Part shown: positions 44,705-54,463 of the stretch, in pieces | How the letters are laid out: every line of letters starts with the position of its first letter | Position numbering within the stretch: position 1 is the first letter of the stretch | Assembly: GCA_963750405.1 (NCBI GenBank) | Contig: CAVVQP010000002.1 | Location: 134,134-198,133 of the forward strand | DNA length: 64,000 bases | Source of the DNA: an uncultured Actinomycetota bacterium | GTDB taxonomy: Bacteria > Actinomycetota > Actinomycetes > Streptosporangiales > Streptosporangiaceae | Reading direction: 5' to 3' | Translations under genes and position numbers: made by a program | The notes under the pieces: generated by a model | Told to the model about the DNA's origin: nothing | Databases searched by the model: none | The model's input: only the letters and a program-made list of their open reading frames with translations

Positions 44705-46180
44705 ATGGGCCGTGACATTCAGCCGATCAAGTTCGGCGGCGAAGACAGGCGCAAATACCGGGAGAAGGTCAGGCTGTCGCTCGACGTGTTCGCGGCGATG
44801 CTGCGCGAGCGGGTCTTCGACGGCGGGCCGTCGCTAGTCGGCCAGGAAATCGAGCTGAACCTGGTGGACAGCCTCGGCGCGCCGTCGATGCGGAACGCGG
44901 CCGTACTCGACGCGATCGCCGATCCGCTGTGGGCCACCGAGGTCGGGCAGTTCAACCTGGAGATCAACGTGCCGCCGCGCGAGCTGGCAGGCGACGCGTT
45001 CACCGGGCTCGAGCAGGAGATCCGGGGCAGCCTGAACGCGGCGGACGGGAAGGCGCGCGGTGGCGGCAGCCAGTTGGTCATGGTCGGCATCTTGCCTACG
45101 CTCGGCAAGGCAGACGTCTACGAGGGCGCGATGTCGGCCAACGCCAGGTACAAGGTGCTCAACGAGCAGATCTTCGCCGCGCGCGGCGAGGACATGCGGA
45201 TCGAGATTGACGGGCCTGAGCCGCTGCTCACGCACGCCGACAGCATCACGCCCGAGGCGGCCTGCACGAGCGTGCAGCTGCACACGCAGGTCAGCCCGGA
45301 CGAGTTCGCCAGGTACTGGAACGCCGCCCAGGCGATCGCCGGGGTGCAGGTGGCGCTCGCGGCGAACTCGCCGTTCCTGTTCGGACGGCAGCTGTGGCAG
45401 GAGACGAGGATCACGCTGTTCGAGCAGGCGACCGATACCCGGCCCGAGGAGCTGAAGCAGCAGGGAGTCCGGCCGCGGGTGTGGTTCGGCGAGCGCTGGA
45501 TCACGTCGGTGTTCGACCTGTTCGAGGAGAACATCCAGTATTTCCCCGCGCTGCTGCCGATCTGCGAGGACGAGGACCCGCAGGTCGCCTTCGACAGCGG
45601 GGAGTGCCCCGAGCTCGCCGAGATGTGCCTGCACAACGGCACGATCTACCGGTGGAACCGGCCGGTCTACGCCGTCGTGAACGGGAAGCCGCACGTGCGG
45701 GTGGAGAACCGGGTGCTGCCGGCCGGGCCTACGGTCGTGGACATCATGGCGAACGCCGCGTTCTACTACGGGCTGGTCAGGACCCTGGCCGAGGCGGACC
45801 GGCCGATCTGGAGCCAGATGTCGTTCGCGACCGCCGCGGAGAACCTGCATATGGCGGCCAGGCATGGCCTGGAGTCGCATTTGTACTGGCCCGGCCTGGG
45901 CGAGGCTCCGGTCGCTGAGCTGGTGCTGCGCCGGCTGCTGCCGATGGCGCACGAGGGCCTGGCGCGCTGGGGGGTCGCGCCGGAGGATGCGGGCCGGCTG
46001 CTCGGGATCATCGAGCAGCGCTGCCTGACCGGCACGACCGGGGCGTCCTGGCAGATCGGGGCCGTCTCGGCGCTGTGCTCACGCGGCGCGGACCGGCTTG
46101 AGGCGCTGCGGCAGATGACCTTGCTCTACATCGAGCACATGCACGCCAATCTGCCAGTGCACGCCTGGCCGGAGCTGTAA
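44705..46180 (+). CDS. Glutamate-cysteine ligase family 2 (carboxylate-amine ligase) protein
   Basis: GQEIELNLVD, FNLEINVPP, SVQLHTQV and ANSPFLFG are typical GCS2 blocks. The start is taken at MGRDIQP. Confidence 0.8.
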   Translation: MGRDIQPIKFGGEDRRKYREKVRLSLDVFAAMLRERVFDGGPSLVGQEIELNLVDSLGAPSMRNAAVLDAIADPLWATEVGQFNLEINVPPRELAGDAFTGLEQEIRGSLNAADGKARGGGSQLVMVGILPTLGKADVYEGAMSANARYKVLNEQIFAARGEDMRIEIDGPEPLLTHADSITPEAACTSVQLHTQVSPDEFARYWNAAQAIAGVQVALAANSPFLFGRQLWQETRITLFEQATDTRPEELKQQGVRPRVWFGERWITSVFDLFEENIQYFPALLPICEDEDPQVAFDSGECPELAEMCLHNGTIYRWNRPVYAVVNGKPHVRVENRVLPAGPTVVDIMANAAFYYGLVRTLAEADRPIWSQMSFATAAENLHMAARHGLESHLYWPGLGEAPVAELVLRRLLPMAHEGLARWGVAPEDAGRLLGIIEQRCLTGTTGASWQIGAVSALCSRGADRLEALRQMTLLYIEHMHANLPVHAWPEL

Positions 46181-46250
46181 GCCCGAAGCGTAATCCGGTG
46201 GGTACTGACCGAGACCGGTCAGGTGACGCAAACGCGATATGTTTCGTCTC

Positions 46251-47219
46251 ATGACTTATGCCATCGAGGCCGAGGGCCTGGTCAGGAGGTTCGGCAAGAC
46301 CCTGGCGGTGGACGGGGTCGACCTCGCGGTACTCCCCGGAACGGTGCTGGGCCTGCTCGGGCCGAATGGCGCCGGCAAGACGACGGTCGTCCGGATGCTG
46401 GCCACGCTGCTGCGGCCGGACGCCGGATCGGCCAGGGTCTGCGGCGCCGACATCGTCCGCGAGGCCGGCCGGGTGCGCGAGCTGATCGGGCTGACCGGCC
46501 AGTACGCCGCGGTCGATGAGGACCTGACGGGATTCGAGAACCTGCTGCTGATCGGGCGGCTGCTCGAGATTCCCAGGGCTGGTGCCAAGAAGCGGGCCGC
46601 CGAGCTGCTGGAGAGGTTCGACCTGGCCGACGCGGGCGGACGATCGGTCAAGACGTACTCGGGCGGCATGCGCCGCCGGCTCGACCTGGCCGCCAGCCTG
46701 GTCCGGCGGCCGCAGGTGCTGTTCCTGGACGAGCCGACCACCGGCCTTGACCCGCGCAGCCGGGGTGAGGTCTGGCTGATGATCAGGGAGCTGATCGGCG
46801 AGGGCACGACCGTGCTGCTGACCACCCAGTACCTGGATGAGGCCGACCGGCTGGCCAGCGAGATCGCCGTGATCGACCACGGCAAGGTCATCGCGACCGG
46901 GACGTCGGCCGAGCTGAAGGCCAAGGTCGGCAAGCAGACCCTGGACGTCCGCCCGGCTGACCCGGCCGACCTGCCGGCGGTGACGTTCATCGTGGCTGCC
47001 GCCGTCGGCGTGGCGCCGGTGGTGTCCAGCGAGGATCCGGGGCTGCTCTCGGTGCCGGTGGCCGACGCCAGCGCGCTGCCCGCCGTGGTCGGCCGGCTGC
47101 AGGCCGAGCAGATCGAGGTGACCGAGCTGGCGCTGCGCCTGGCCAGCCTGGACGAGGTGTTCATGGCGCTGACCGGGCACTCGGCGGCGGCCGGGATTAC
47201 AGGCGAGGAAGGTTCCTGA
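46251..47219 (+). CDS. ABC transporter ATP-binding protein (DrrA-like)
   Basis: It has GPNGAGKTT, the signature YSGGMRRRL and Walker B LFLDEPTTGLD. Confidence 0.9.
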   Translation: MTYAIEAEGLVRRFGKTLAVDGVDLAVLPGTVLGLLGPNGAGKTTVVRMLATLLRPDAGSARVCGADIVREAGRVRELIGLTGQYAAVDEDLTGFENLLLIGRLLEIPRAGAKKRAAELLERFDLADAGGRSVKTYSGGMRRRLDLAASLVRRPQVLFLDEPTTGLDPRSRGEVWLMIRELIGEGTTVLLTTQYLDEADRLASEIAVIDHGKVIATGTSAELKAKVGKQTLDVRPADPADLPAVTFIVAAAVGVAPVVSSEDPGLLSVPVADASALPAVVGRLQAEQIEVTELALRLASLDEVFMALTGHSAAAGITGEEGS

Positions 47220-48049
47220 TGGCGGTCCTTACCGTAACCGAGCCCGCGACGCCGGCGACGGACCCGGGCCGGGCGCGGAGCATGACGCCGGACCGGGCGC
47301 TGCGGCACGCGCTGACGCTGGCGTGGCGCGCGCTCGCGCGCATCAGGCGCAACCCTGAGCAACTGCTCGACGTGACGTTGCAGCCGATCGTGTTCGTGAC
47401 CTTGTTCGTGTTCCTGTTCGGCGGCGCGATCAAGGGCGACACCCGGCACAGTTACCTGGAGTACGTGCTGCCCGGCATCACGGTGATGACCGTGGTGTTC
47501 GCCAGCATGGGCACTGGCATCGGGCTGAACACCGATGTGACCAAGGGCATCTTCGACCGGTTCAAGAGCCTGCCGATCTCCCGTTCCGCGCCGCTGACCG
47601 GCACGATCCTGGGCGACTTCGTGCGCTACGTGGTGTCGATCGGAATGGTCTTCGCCTACGGCTCGCTGCTCGGCTTCCGGATCGCGACCAACCCGCTGCT
47701 CGCCCTCGGCGCGGTCGGCCTGATGTTCATCTTCGGCTTCGCCGTCGGCTGGATCTGGGTACTGCTCGGGCTGTTCGTGAAGTCGCCGCAGAGCCTGCAG
47801 GGGTTCGGCTTCATCGTGATGTTCCCGCTCACCTTCGGCAGCAACGTGTTCGTCAGGACCTCGACGCTGCCAGGCTGGCTGCAAGCCTGGGTGAAGATCA
47901 ACCCGGTCACCGAGCTCTCCAGCGCCTGCCGGAGCCTGGTACTGGGCGGTCCGGTCGCCACCCCGGCCTGGCAATCGGTGTTGTGGGCGATCGGCATCAC
48001 CGCCGTCTTCGCCCCGCTGGCCGTCCGTCGGTACCGCCGCCTGGCCTAG
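47219..48049 (+). CDS. ABC-2-type transporter permease (DrrB-like)
   Basis: It has six predicted TM segments. Its ATG overlaps the ATPase stop (TGATG). Confidence 0.85.
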   Translation: MAVLTVTEPATPATDPGRARSMTPDRALRHALTLAWRALARIRRNPEQLLDVTLQPIVFVTLFVFLFGGAIKGDTRHSYLEYVLPGITVMTVVFASMGTGIGLNTDVTKGIFDRFKSLPISRSAPLTGTILGDFVRYVVSIGMVFAYGSLLGFRIATNPLLALGAVGLMFIFGFAVGWIWVLLGLFVKSPQSLQGFGFIVMFPLTFGSNVFVRTSTLPGWLQAWVKINPVTELSSACRSLVLGGPVATPAWQSVLWAIGITAVFAPLAVRRYRRLA

Positions 48050-48092
48050 CGCCCCGGCTGGGCTTCCGTGCCGGGCGTGAGAGCATCGAGTT

Positions 48093-48730
48093 ATGGCGCT
48101 TTATGACTCGATTGGGCTTACGTACCGGTCGACGCGCCGGGCTGACCCGCGGATAGGCGCGGCGATCGAGGATGCGCTCGGGAATGCGGCCAGCGTAGTC
48201 AACGTAGGCGCCGGGGCAGGGTCATACGAGCCGGACAGGACTATTGCCGCCATCGAACCGAGCGAGGTGATGATCGCGCAGCGCCCGGCCGGGAGCGCTC
48301 CGGTCATCCGGGCAGTGGCCGAGCAGCTTCCGCTGCGCGACAAGTGCGCCGACGCGGCGATGGCCTTGCTGACCGTGCACCACTGGACCGACCTGGCGGC
48401 AGGGATCGCTGAGTTGCGCAGGATCGCGCGGCGTAGGCTGGTCATTTTTACGTGTTCGTGCGCAAGGCCGAGATCCATCCCGTGCTCGTGCCGCACGACT
48501 GCACCGACGGGTTCGGCGCAGCGTACTGGCGGCGGCCCGAGGCCTACCTCGATCCGGAGGTGCGTGCGGGGATCTCCATGCTGGCCAAGGCAGGCCCGGA
48601 GCAACTGGAGCCCGGGTTGCGCCGGCTTGAGGATGACCTGGCTACCGGGCGCTGGTACGCGGGGCACGCCGGCCTGCTCGAACTACAGGCACTTGATGCC
48701 GGTTATTGCCTGATGATTGCCAAGCCTTGA
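48093..48730 (+). pseudogene. Class I SAM methyltransferase with frame break and probable internal deletion
   Basis: VVNVGAGAGSYEP (motif I) ... RRRLVIFT then changes frame (~48450) to PVLVPHDCTDGFGAAYWRRPEAYLDPEVRAGIS. The segment between looks ~40 aa short compared with relatives I recall. Confidence 0.6.
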
Positions 48731-48761
48731 CGCCCGTCAATGCCGCATCGACGATGATGCA

Positions 48762-49154
48762 ATGACTCATCCGAATGAAGATCTGGTCAGAGCTGGATTC
48801 GCGGCGTTTGCACAGGGGGATTTCACGACGCTGGAGCAGGGCATTTTCTCACCGGACATTGTCTGGCATTTCCCTGGTCGCAGCGTGCACGCGGGCGATC
48901 ATGCCGGGCCGGCCAAGGTCACCGACGCGTTCAGGCGACTGGCCGCGCTCTCCGGCGGCACGCACCGGATCGAGTTGCAAGACGTGATCGCGGGCGATAA
49001 CCACGTCGTTGCGCTGCACACGACCCGTGCGGAGCGTGGCGCTAAGAAGCTCGAGATCAGAGCCGTGCAGGTGTTCCGCGTCGCTGCTGGCAAGGTCACC
49101 GAGGCCTGGACGCACCACAGCGACCTGTACGCCTTCGACGAGTTCTGGGACTAG
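48762..49154 (+). CDS. SnoaL-like / NTF2-family protein
   Basis: NEDLVRAGFAAFAQGDFTTLEQ...DIVWHFPG...VFRVAAGKVTEAW is the typical pattern. Confidence 0.7.
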   Translation: MTHPNEDLVRAGFAAFAQGDFTTLEQGIFSPDIVWHFPGRSVHAGDHAGPAKVTDAFRRLAALSGGTHRIELQDVIAGDNHVVALHTTRAERGAKKLEIRAVQVFRVAAGKVTEAWTHHSDLYAFDEFWD

Positions 49155-49165
49155 GGCGGTTCCGC

Positions 49166-51082
49166 TCACGCGACCGCCGTCGTGCCCGGCGGCGGACTGT
49201 GGCTATGGAAGACCCGGGTGCCGTCGGGGCTTCGGGCGGTGGTGGTGCCGTCCGGATTAAGGGTGATTGTCCAATTCCACTGGTGCACCAGAATAAGATG
49301 GTGAAATGTGCACAAAAGCAGCAAATTAGTCAGCTTAGTGGGTCCGCCGAGCTTGCGGGGAATGACGTGATGCACCTGGCACCCGGCCGGCGGCTGGAGG
49401 CAGCCCGGCGCCGCGCAATGCCGGTCCCGGACGATCACCGCGCGGCGCAGGTGCGGCGGGATCGTGTCGGTCGCCTTGCCGGCGTCCAGGGGCAGGCTGA
49501 CTGACCCGGCGGGCGGGGCGAGCTTGCCGGTGCGCAGGTAGGACGCGAGGCCGTGCGGGCCGGAGAGCAGCGCGACGGCGTTCGCCGCGATCAGGTCCCG
49601 GACCTGTCGGCGGACCTGGTCGCGGCTCCGGGTCCCGGGCGTGGCACCGCAGGACGGGCAGCCGCCGCTGCTGCCTGGCCCGGTGAGCGGGCGGGTCAGC
49701 AGGGCGGTGAGCCGGTCCAGCAGGTCATGGTCCACGTGGCCCGCGACCATCGGGATGATCGTGGCGTCGCACTCATCACCGGGCATGGCGGCTGCGCCGG
49801 GCAGCGCCGGGGCCGGGGCGGCGCTGCCGTCGGGGGTGAGCCGGGGCCACAGCCGGTCCCGCCACCCGGCGCCATGCCACCAGTCCCCGGGTCCCGCCGC
49901 TACGCCGCCGCCTGCCCGGCCGGAGCCAGAGCCCGGCTGGCCTGAGCCCGGCTGGCCTGAGCCCGGCTGGCTTGAGCCGCTGGCCGGGCCGGCGGCGGGG
50001 CTGGTCCCGGCGCCCGGGCTGGTCCCGGCGCCCGGGCTGGTCCCGGCATCCGGGCTGGTCCCGGCGCCCGGGCTGGTCCCGGCGGCCGCGCTGGTCCCGG
50101 CGGCCGCGCTGCCCATCCGCGCGAGGAGGTCGTCGAGGGTGATGTGGAGCTGGATCTGGGTGGGCTGCCCGGCCCGGTCCGGGACCATCCCGGCGGCAAC
50201 TAGTCTCCGGCACATCTCCTGGAGCGCGTCGTGGTGACGCTGCCGCAGGGTGCGGGTGTCCTCGGGTCCGGCCTTCTTACCCAGGGCGTCCAGGACGGTC
50301 CGCAGGGACTCGGCGCAGCCCTCGGTCAGGTCGCCGTCCAGGCGGCCGGTCCCGCCCAGGCCGGCCCGCAGCCGGACCTGCCGGTCCTCGAACGCCGGCT
50401 TGCCGCCGTCATCGTCGGGGCACAGGCGGCGGCGGATCTGGGCGGCCAGGGCCTCCAGGTCATCCAGCCCCGCGCCACTGGCGGCCGCGGCCAGCAGGAT
50501 CACGTCCGCGTCCTCGCGGGCGGACACCGGCAGCGGGTCCGTCCAGTCGCACACCTGCCGCGCCCACGACGCCGACACCGTCCCGGCGGCCAGCGCGTCA
50601 CGGACGGCCCGGTGAGAGTTCAGGCGCCGCATCCATGACACGGCGGCGGAGGCGGCCGGGCTGGTGATCTGGGTCTGCCACCGCAGCCACGTCCGCGCCG
50701 TCCCGCAACCGTCATCAGCGAACCCGGACTGCGCGTCGAACGCCGACAGCACCGCCGACCGGGCAGCCACCTGCACCGACGCCGCCCGCTCCAAACCCCG
50801 CAGGCACTCCGCCTGCACCACCGCCGGCACCGACGCCAGGTCAGCGGACGCCAGCCAGCCCAGGCCCGCCAGCACCATCCCCATCGCCTCACCCGCCGAC
50901 CCCGGCACACGCGCGCTGGCCGGGCCGCCGCTGCCGCCGCGCATGCCAGCCGGCGCCCCCGGCGTAACGCCAGGCCGCTCACCCTGCTCGCACAACGGGA
51001 CCACCTCCTCGCAAACGCCGACAACGACACAGGAAGACCACCCAGAACAGGGCAAGACGTGGGGATCAAGCAGCAAGCACAA
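49166..51082 (-). CDS. DUF222 / HNH endonuclease (13E12-repeat-type) protein
   Basis: It has a DUF222-like N-terminal region and a C-terminal HNH (HCAAPGC...CQVHHVIPRKLGGPTKLTNLLLLCTFHH). The start codon is uncertain. Confidence 0.8.
   Translation of the reverse strand: MCLLLDPHVLPCSGWSSCVVVGVCEEVVPLCEQGERPGVTPGAPAGMRGGSGGPASARVPGSAGEAMGMVLAGLGWLASADLASVPAVVQAECLRGLERAASVQVAARSAVLSAFDAQSGFADDGCGTARTWLRWQTQITSPAASAAVSWMRRLNSHRAVRDALAAGTVSASWARQVCDWTDPLPVSAREDADVILLAAAASGAGLDDLEALAAQIRRRLCPDDDGGKPAFEDRQVRLRAGLGGTGRLDGDLTEGCAESLRTVLDALGKKAGPEDTRTLRQRHHDALQEMCRRLVAAGMVPDRAGQPTQIQLHITLDDLLARMGSAAAGTSAAAGTSPGAGTSPDAGTSPGAGTSPGAGTSPAAGPASGSSQPGSGQPGSGQPGSGSGRAGGGVAAGPGDWWHGAGWRDRLWPRLTPDGSAAPAPALPGAAAMPGDECDATIIPMVAGHVDHDLLDRLTALLTRPLTGPGSSGGCPSCGATPGTRSRDQVRRQVRDLIAANAVALLSGPHGLASYLRTGKLAPPAGSVSLPLDAGKATDTIPPHLRRAVIVRDRHCAAPGCLQPPAGCQVHHVIPRKLGGPTKLTNLLLLCTFHHLILVHQWNWTITLNPDGTTTARSPDGTRVFHSHSPPPGTTAVA
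49925..50110. repeat. Coding tandem repeats (AGTSP x ~7, GSGQP x 3) inside the HNH gene
   Basis: The protein reads AAGTSAAAGTSPGAGTSPDAGTSPGAGTSPGAGTSPAAGPASGSSQPGSGQPGSGQPGSG. The DNA has gggctggtcccggc(g/a)(c/t)cc units. Confidence 0.8.
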
Positions 51083-51149
51083 CGCCTGCGCGACAAAAAC
51101 GGAGGGCCACTCGGCCGGGACAATCTCCCGCGAAGGGAGTCCAACACCA

Positions 51150-52511
51150 GAAAGAAACTCAGCTACAACGTCCCGGTGATGCCATCTCTCTAAACAACTA
51201 CCAGCAGCCTAACAACACCCACTGACACCCAACCCGCCGCAAGCCTCGCTGCTGTGACCAAAGTGGCGCAGGGAAACCTAATGAGTACTGTGACTCAAGT
51301 TAATTTTGGGAACACCAAACGGCGCTGCCCAACTGTTCCGCCGTTCTGCCGTTCTGCCGTGCGCCGCTGCCGCCTACCCAAGGCGATCGAGACCGCCACG
51401 CCAGTGTTTCCCAGGAGGGCGAAGCGCATGGGCACGGGAATCGATGACTCAGATACGTGAATGGTCCCGGCCGTTCTCATCCACGCGAGCAGCCAGGCAG
51501 GCCATCGCAATCTGTTGGCTTATCGGGTTCAGGCGGCGGGGTTACCAATTCAGGGTGACGAGGCCGACCGTTCGAGCTGACCATCACTAAACGTCCATGA
51601 TCATGACCCGGGGCTTGATCGCGGAGTTTTACGCCCAGGAAGGATGACTCGGGATCTTGGAGAGTAAAGGTCCGGTAGGCAGCGGGGAGGTCTTTCCTGA
51701 GTCATCGCGGGATTTCCGCTTCAGGGAGGGTTTCGGGGCAGCCCGGGCCTTGCGAGGCCCAGCGTTGTGACTTGGGTGTGGCTCTGTCGGGGTGAGCTAG
51801 CTGGGTGGTGCCGTGGGCGGGGGGTTGTCCGAAAGAAACTGAGCTACAACGTCCCGGTGATGCCATCTCTCTAAACAACTACGAGCAGCCTAACAACACC
51901 CACTGACACCCAACCCGCCGCAAGCCTCGCTGCTGTGACCAAAGTGGCGCAGGGAAACCTAATGAGTACTGTGACTCAAGTTAATTTTGGGAACACCAAA
52001 CGGCGCTGCCCAACTGTTCCGCTGTTCTGCCGTTCTGCCGTGCGCCGCTGCCGCCTACCCAAGGCGATCGAGACCGCCACGCCAGTGTTTCCCAGGAGGG
52101 CGAAGCGCATGGGCACGGGAATCGATGACTCAGATACGTGAATGGTCCCGGCCGTTCTCATCCACGCGAGCAGCCAGGCAGGCCATCGCAATCTGTTGGC
52201 TTATCGGGTTCAGGCGGCGGGGTTACCAATTCAGGGTGACGAGGCCGACCGTTCGAGCTGACCATCACTAAACGTCCATGATCATGACCCGGGGCTTGAT
52301 CGCGGAGTTTTACGCCCAGGAAGGATGACTCGGGATCTTGGAGAGTAAAGGTCCGGTAGGCAGCGGGGAGGTCTTTCCTGAGTCATCGCGGGATTTCCGC
52401 TTCAGGGAGGGTTTCGGGGCAGCCCGGGCCTTGCGAGGCCCAGCGTTGTGACTTGGGTGTGGCTCTGTCGGGGTGAGCTAGCTGGGTGGTGCCGTGGGCG
52501 GGGGGTTGTCC
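51150..52511 (+). repeat. Tandem direct duplication, 2 x 681 bp, ~99.5 % identical
   Basis: ORF-track pairs 51254/51935, 51295/51976 and 51306/51987 are all offset by exactly 681 nt with near-identical translations (one P/L difference). The units are 51150-51830 and 51831-52511. Each contains GTGCGCC at 51359 / 52040. Confidence 0.9.
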
Positions 52512-53073
52512 TGCTCCGGGAGGAGAGTTGCCGTGTCCGGGAGGGTTCTCGGAAAGCGCCGGGATAAACCGGCATGGAGGAGGAGATGGAAGAGCTCTAC
52601 GCCGAAGGGCTAGCGACCCGCGGCGGCCCTCAGCCATGCGCCGACGACCCGCGAGGGCGTGGCGAAGCGCAGTCATGGGCACGTGCAGGCCGGGCTATTG
52701 AGCCGCGAAATCATCGTTCCGGGGTGATTGCACTGCCGGGCAAAGTGGAAGGCAACACCGCTGGCGGCGCTAGACGCGAGCCGTCAGGGGGTCCCGCGCG
52801 GTCAGGGAACCAGGGCATGTGCGGAACCTTCATGCGCGAGAACCGGGAGATCCCGTGTCTCGCCCGCCTGGCTGATTCACCGGGCGGGCCGTCCAGGGAA
52901 CGCCGGGGCGGTAATCCTGGGATGAACGAGCACGGGAACCCGGTCGCTCCGTAGTACCTGCGAACCCGCCGAACAAGGCTGCGGCTGCGGCTGCGGAGGC
53001 GGGGGAGGAAAGGGAGCGAGCCAAGGGGAACACGGACGGTGAAACACGTCCCGGACGCGGTGCCGGGCCTGGC

Positions 53074-54408
53074 GTGCCAGGTGAGCTGGATCGTGTGCGA
53101 GAGGTAGCGGTACGGGACAAGGAAGCGCGGTTCACCGCGCTGCTGCACCATGTCACGGTGTCCCGCTTGCGGTGGGCTTACCAGTCGATCAGCTCGAAGG
53201 CCGCGCCGGGGACGGACGGGGTGACGTGGGGCGCGTACGGGCTGGACCTGGAGGCTAACCTCCGGGACCTGCACGAGCGGGTGCGGCAGGGGCGCTACCG
53301 GGCGAGTCCGTCGCGGCGGGTGTACATCCCGAAGGCGGACGGGCGGCTGCGGCCGCTCGGCATCGCCGCGCTGGAAGACAAGATCGTCCAGCGGGCCGTC
53401 GCCGGGGTGCTGAACGCTGTTTACGAGGCGGATTTCCTGGGCTTCTCTTACGGGTTCCGGCCAGGGCGCGGGCCGCATCAGGCTCTGGATGCGCTGGCGA
53501 CCGGGATCGGGCGGAAGAAGGTGAACTGGGTGCCAGCCGCGGATATCCGCGACTTTTTCGGCCAGCTTGACCGGGGCTGGCTGGAAAGGTTTCTCCGGCA
53601 CCGGATCGCGGACGAGCGGGTCCTGCGGCTGATCGGCAAGTGGCTGGCCGCGGGGGTCGTGGAGGAAGAGGTCTGGAGCGAGGGCGCGGGGGCACCGCAG
53701 GGAGCATCGGCGTCGCCGCTGCTCGCTAACGTGTACCTGCACTACGTGCCGGGCCTGTTCGCAGGGTGGTGGCGACGCCGCCACGCTCGCGGCGAGGTGA
53801 TCATCGTGCGGTTCGCCGGCGACTTCGTCGCCGGGTTCCGGTACGAGCAGGACGCGCGGCGGTTCCTGGCAGATCTCCGGCCCCGGCTGGCGAAGTCCGG
53901 CCTGGAACCGCACCCGGACAAGACCCGGCTGACCGGGTTCGGGCGGTTCGCCGCCCCGAACCGGGCAGCAAGAGGACAGGGCAAGCCGGAGTCGTCCGGT
54001 TTCCCGGGCTTCAACTGTATTTGCGGGACGACCAGGAACGGGCGGTTCCAGCTGAAGCGCATCACGATCGCCAGGCGGCTGCGGGCGAAGCTGGCCGAGG
54101 TCAAGGCCCAGCCCAGGCGCCGCATGCACGATCCGGTCCCCGGGCAGGGCCGCTGGCTGGCCAGCGTGGTGCGCGGGCACATGGCGTACTACGCCGTGCC
54201 CGGCAACGTCCACGCGGTCGCGGCCTTCCGCGACCAGGTAACCCGGCACTGGCTCCAGGTGCTACGGCGCCGCAACTGCAAGCACCGGACCACCTGGCAG
54301 CGGATGAAACGGACCGGAACCCGATGGCTCCCCCCAGCCCGCGTGACGCATCCCTACCCCAACGTGCGCTTCGACGCCAGAACCCAAGGCAGGAGCCCGG
54401 TGCGGTAG
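53074..54408 (+). CDS. Group II intron reverse transcriptase/maturase
   Basis: It has AAPGTDGVTW, YIPKADGRLRPLGIAALEDKIVQ, AADIRDFFGQL, QGASASPLLANVYLH, RFAGDFV (in place of YADD) and an X domain RGHMAYYAVPGN...LRRRNCKHRTTW. Confidence 0.85.
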   Translation: MPGELDRVREVAVRDKEARFTALLHHVTVSRLRWAYQSISSKAAPGTDGVTWGAYGLDLEANLRDLHERVRQGRYRASPSRRVYIPKADGRLRPLGIAALEDKIVQRAVAGVLNAVYEADFLGFSYGFRPGRGPHQALDALATGIGRKKVNWVPAADIRDFFGQLDRGWLERFLRHRIADERVLRLIGKWLAAGVVEEEVWSEGAGAPQGASASPLLANVYLHYVPGLFAGWWRRRHARGEVIIVRFAGDFVAGFRYEQDARRFLADLRPRLAKSGLEPHPDKTRLTGFGRFAAPNRAARGQGKPESSGFPGFNCICGTTRNGRFQLKRITIARRLRAKLAEVKAQPRRRMHDPVPGQGRWLASVVRGHMAYYAVPGNVHAVAAFRDQVTRHWLQVLRRRNCKHRTTWQRMKRTGTRWLPPARVTHPYPNVRFDARTQGRSPVR

Positions 54409-54427
54409 TCCCGCACGCCGGGATCTG

Positions 54428-54463
54428 CGCGGGGGGCCGGCCGCAAGGCCGGTCCCTACCGCG
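54428..54463 (+). ncRNA. Group II intron domain V
   Basis: The sequence is CGCGGGGGGCCGGCCGCAAGGCCGGTCCCTACCGCG. It has a 5-bp lower helix, a 2-nt bulge (TA) on the 3' strand, a 10-bp upper helix and a GCAA tetraloop. A CGC occupies the catalytic-triad position. Confidence 0.7.

Noticed and set aside
51254-52271. Paired 68-, 71- and 94-aa ORFs inside each 681-bp unit (for example MTKVAQGNLMSTVTQVNFGNTKRRCPT...), considered as duplicated small genes.
   Set aside because: They overlap one another on both strands, show no family resemblance, and cover sequence that looks like structured intron RNA (a GUGCG start). Their duplication is explained by the DNA repeat.
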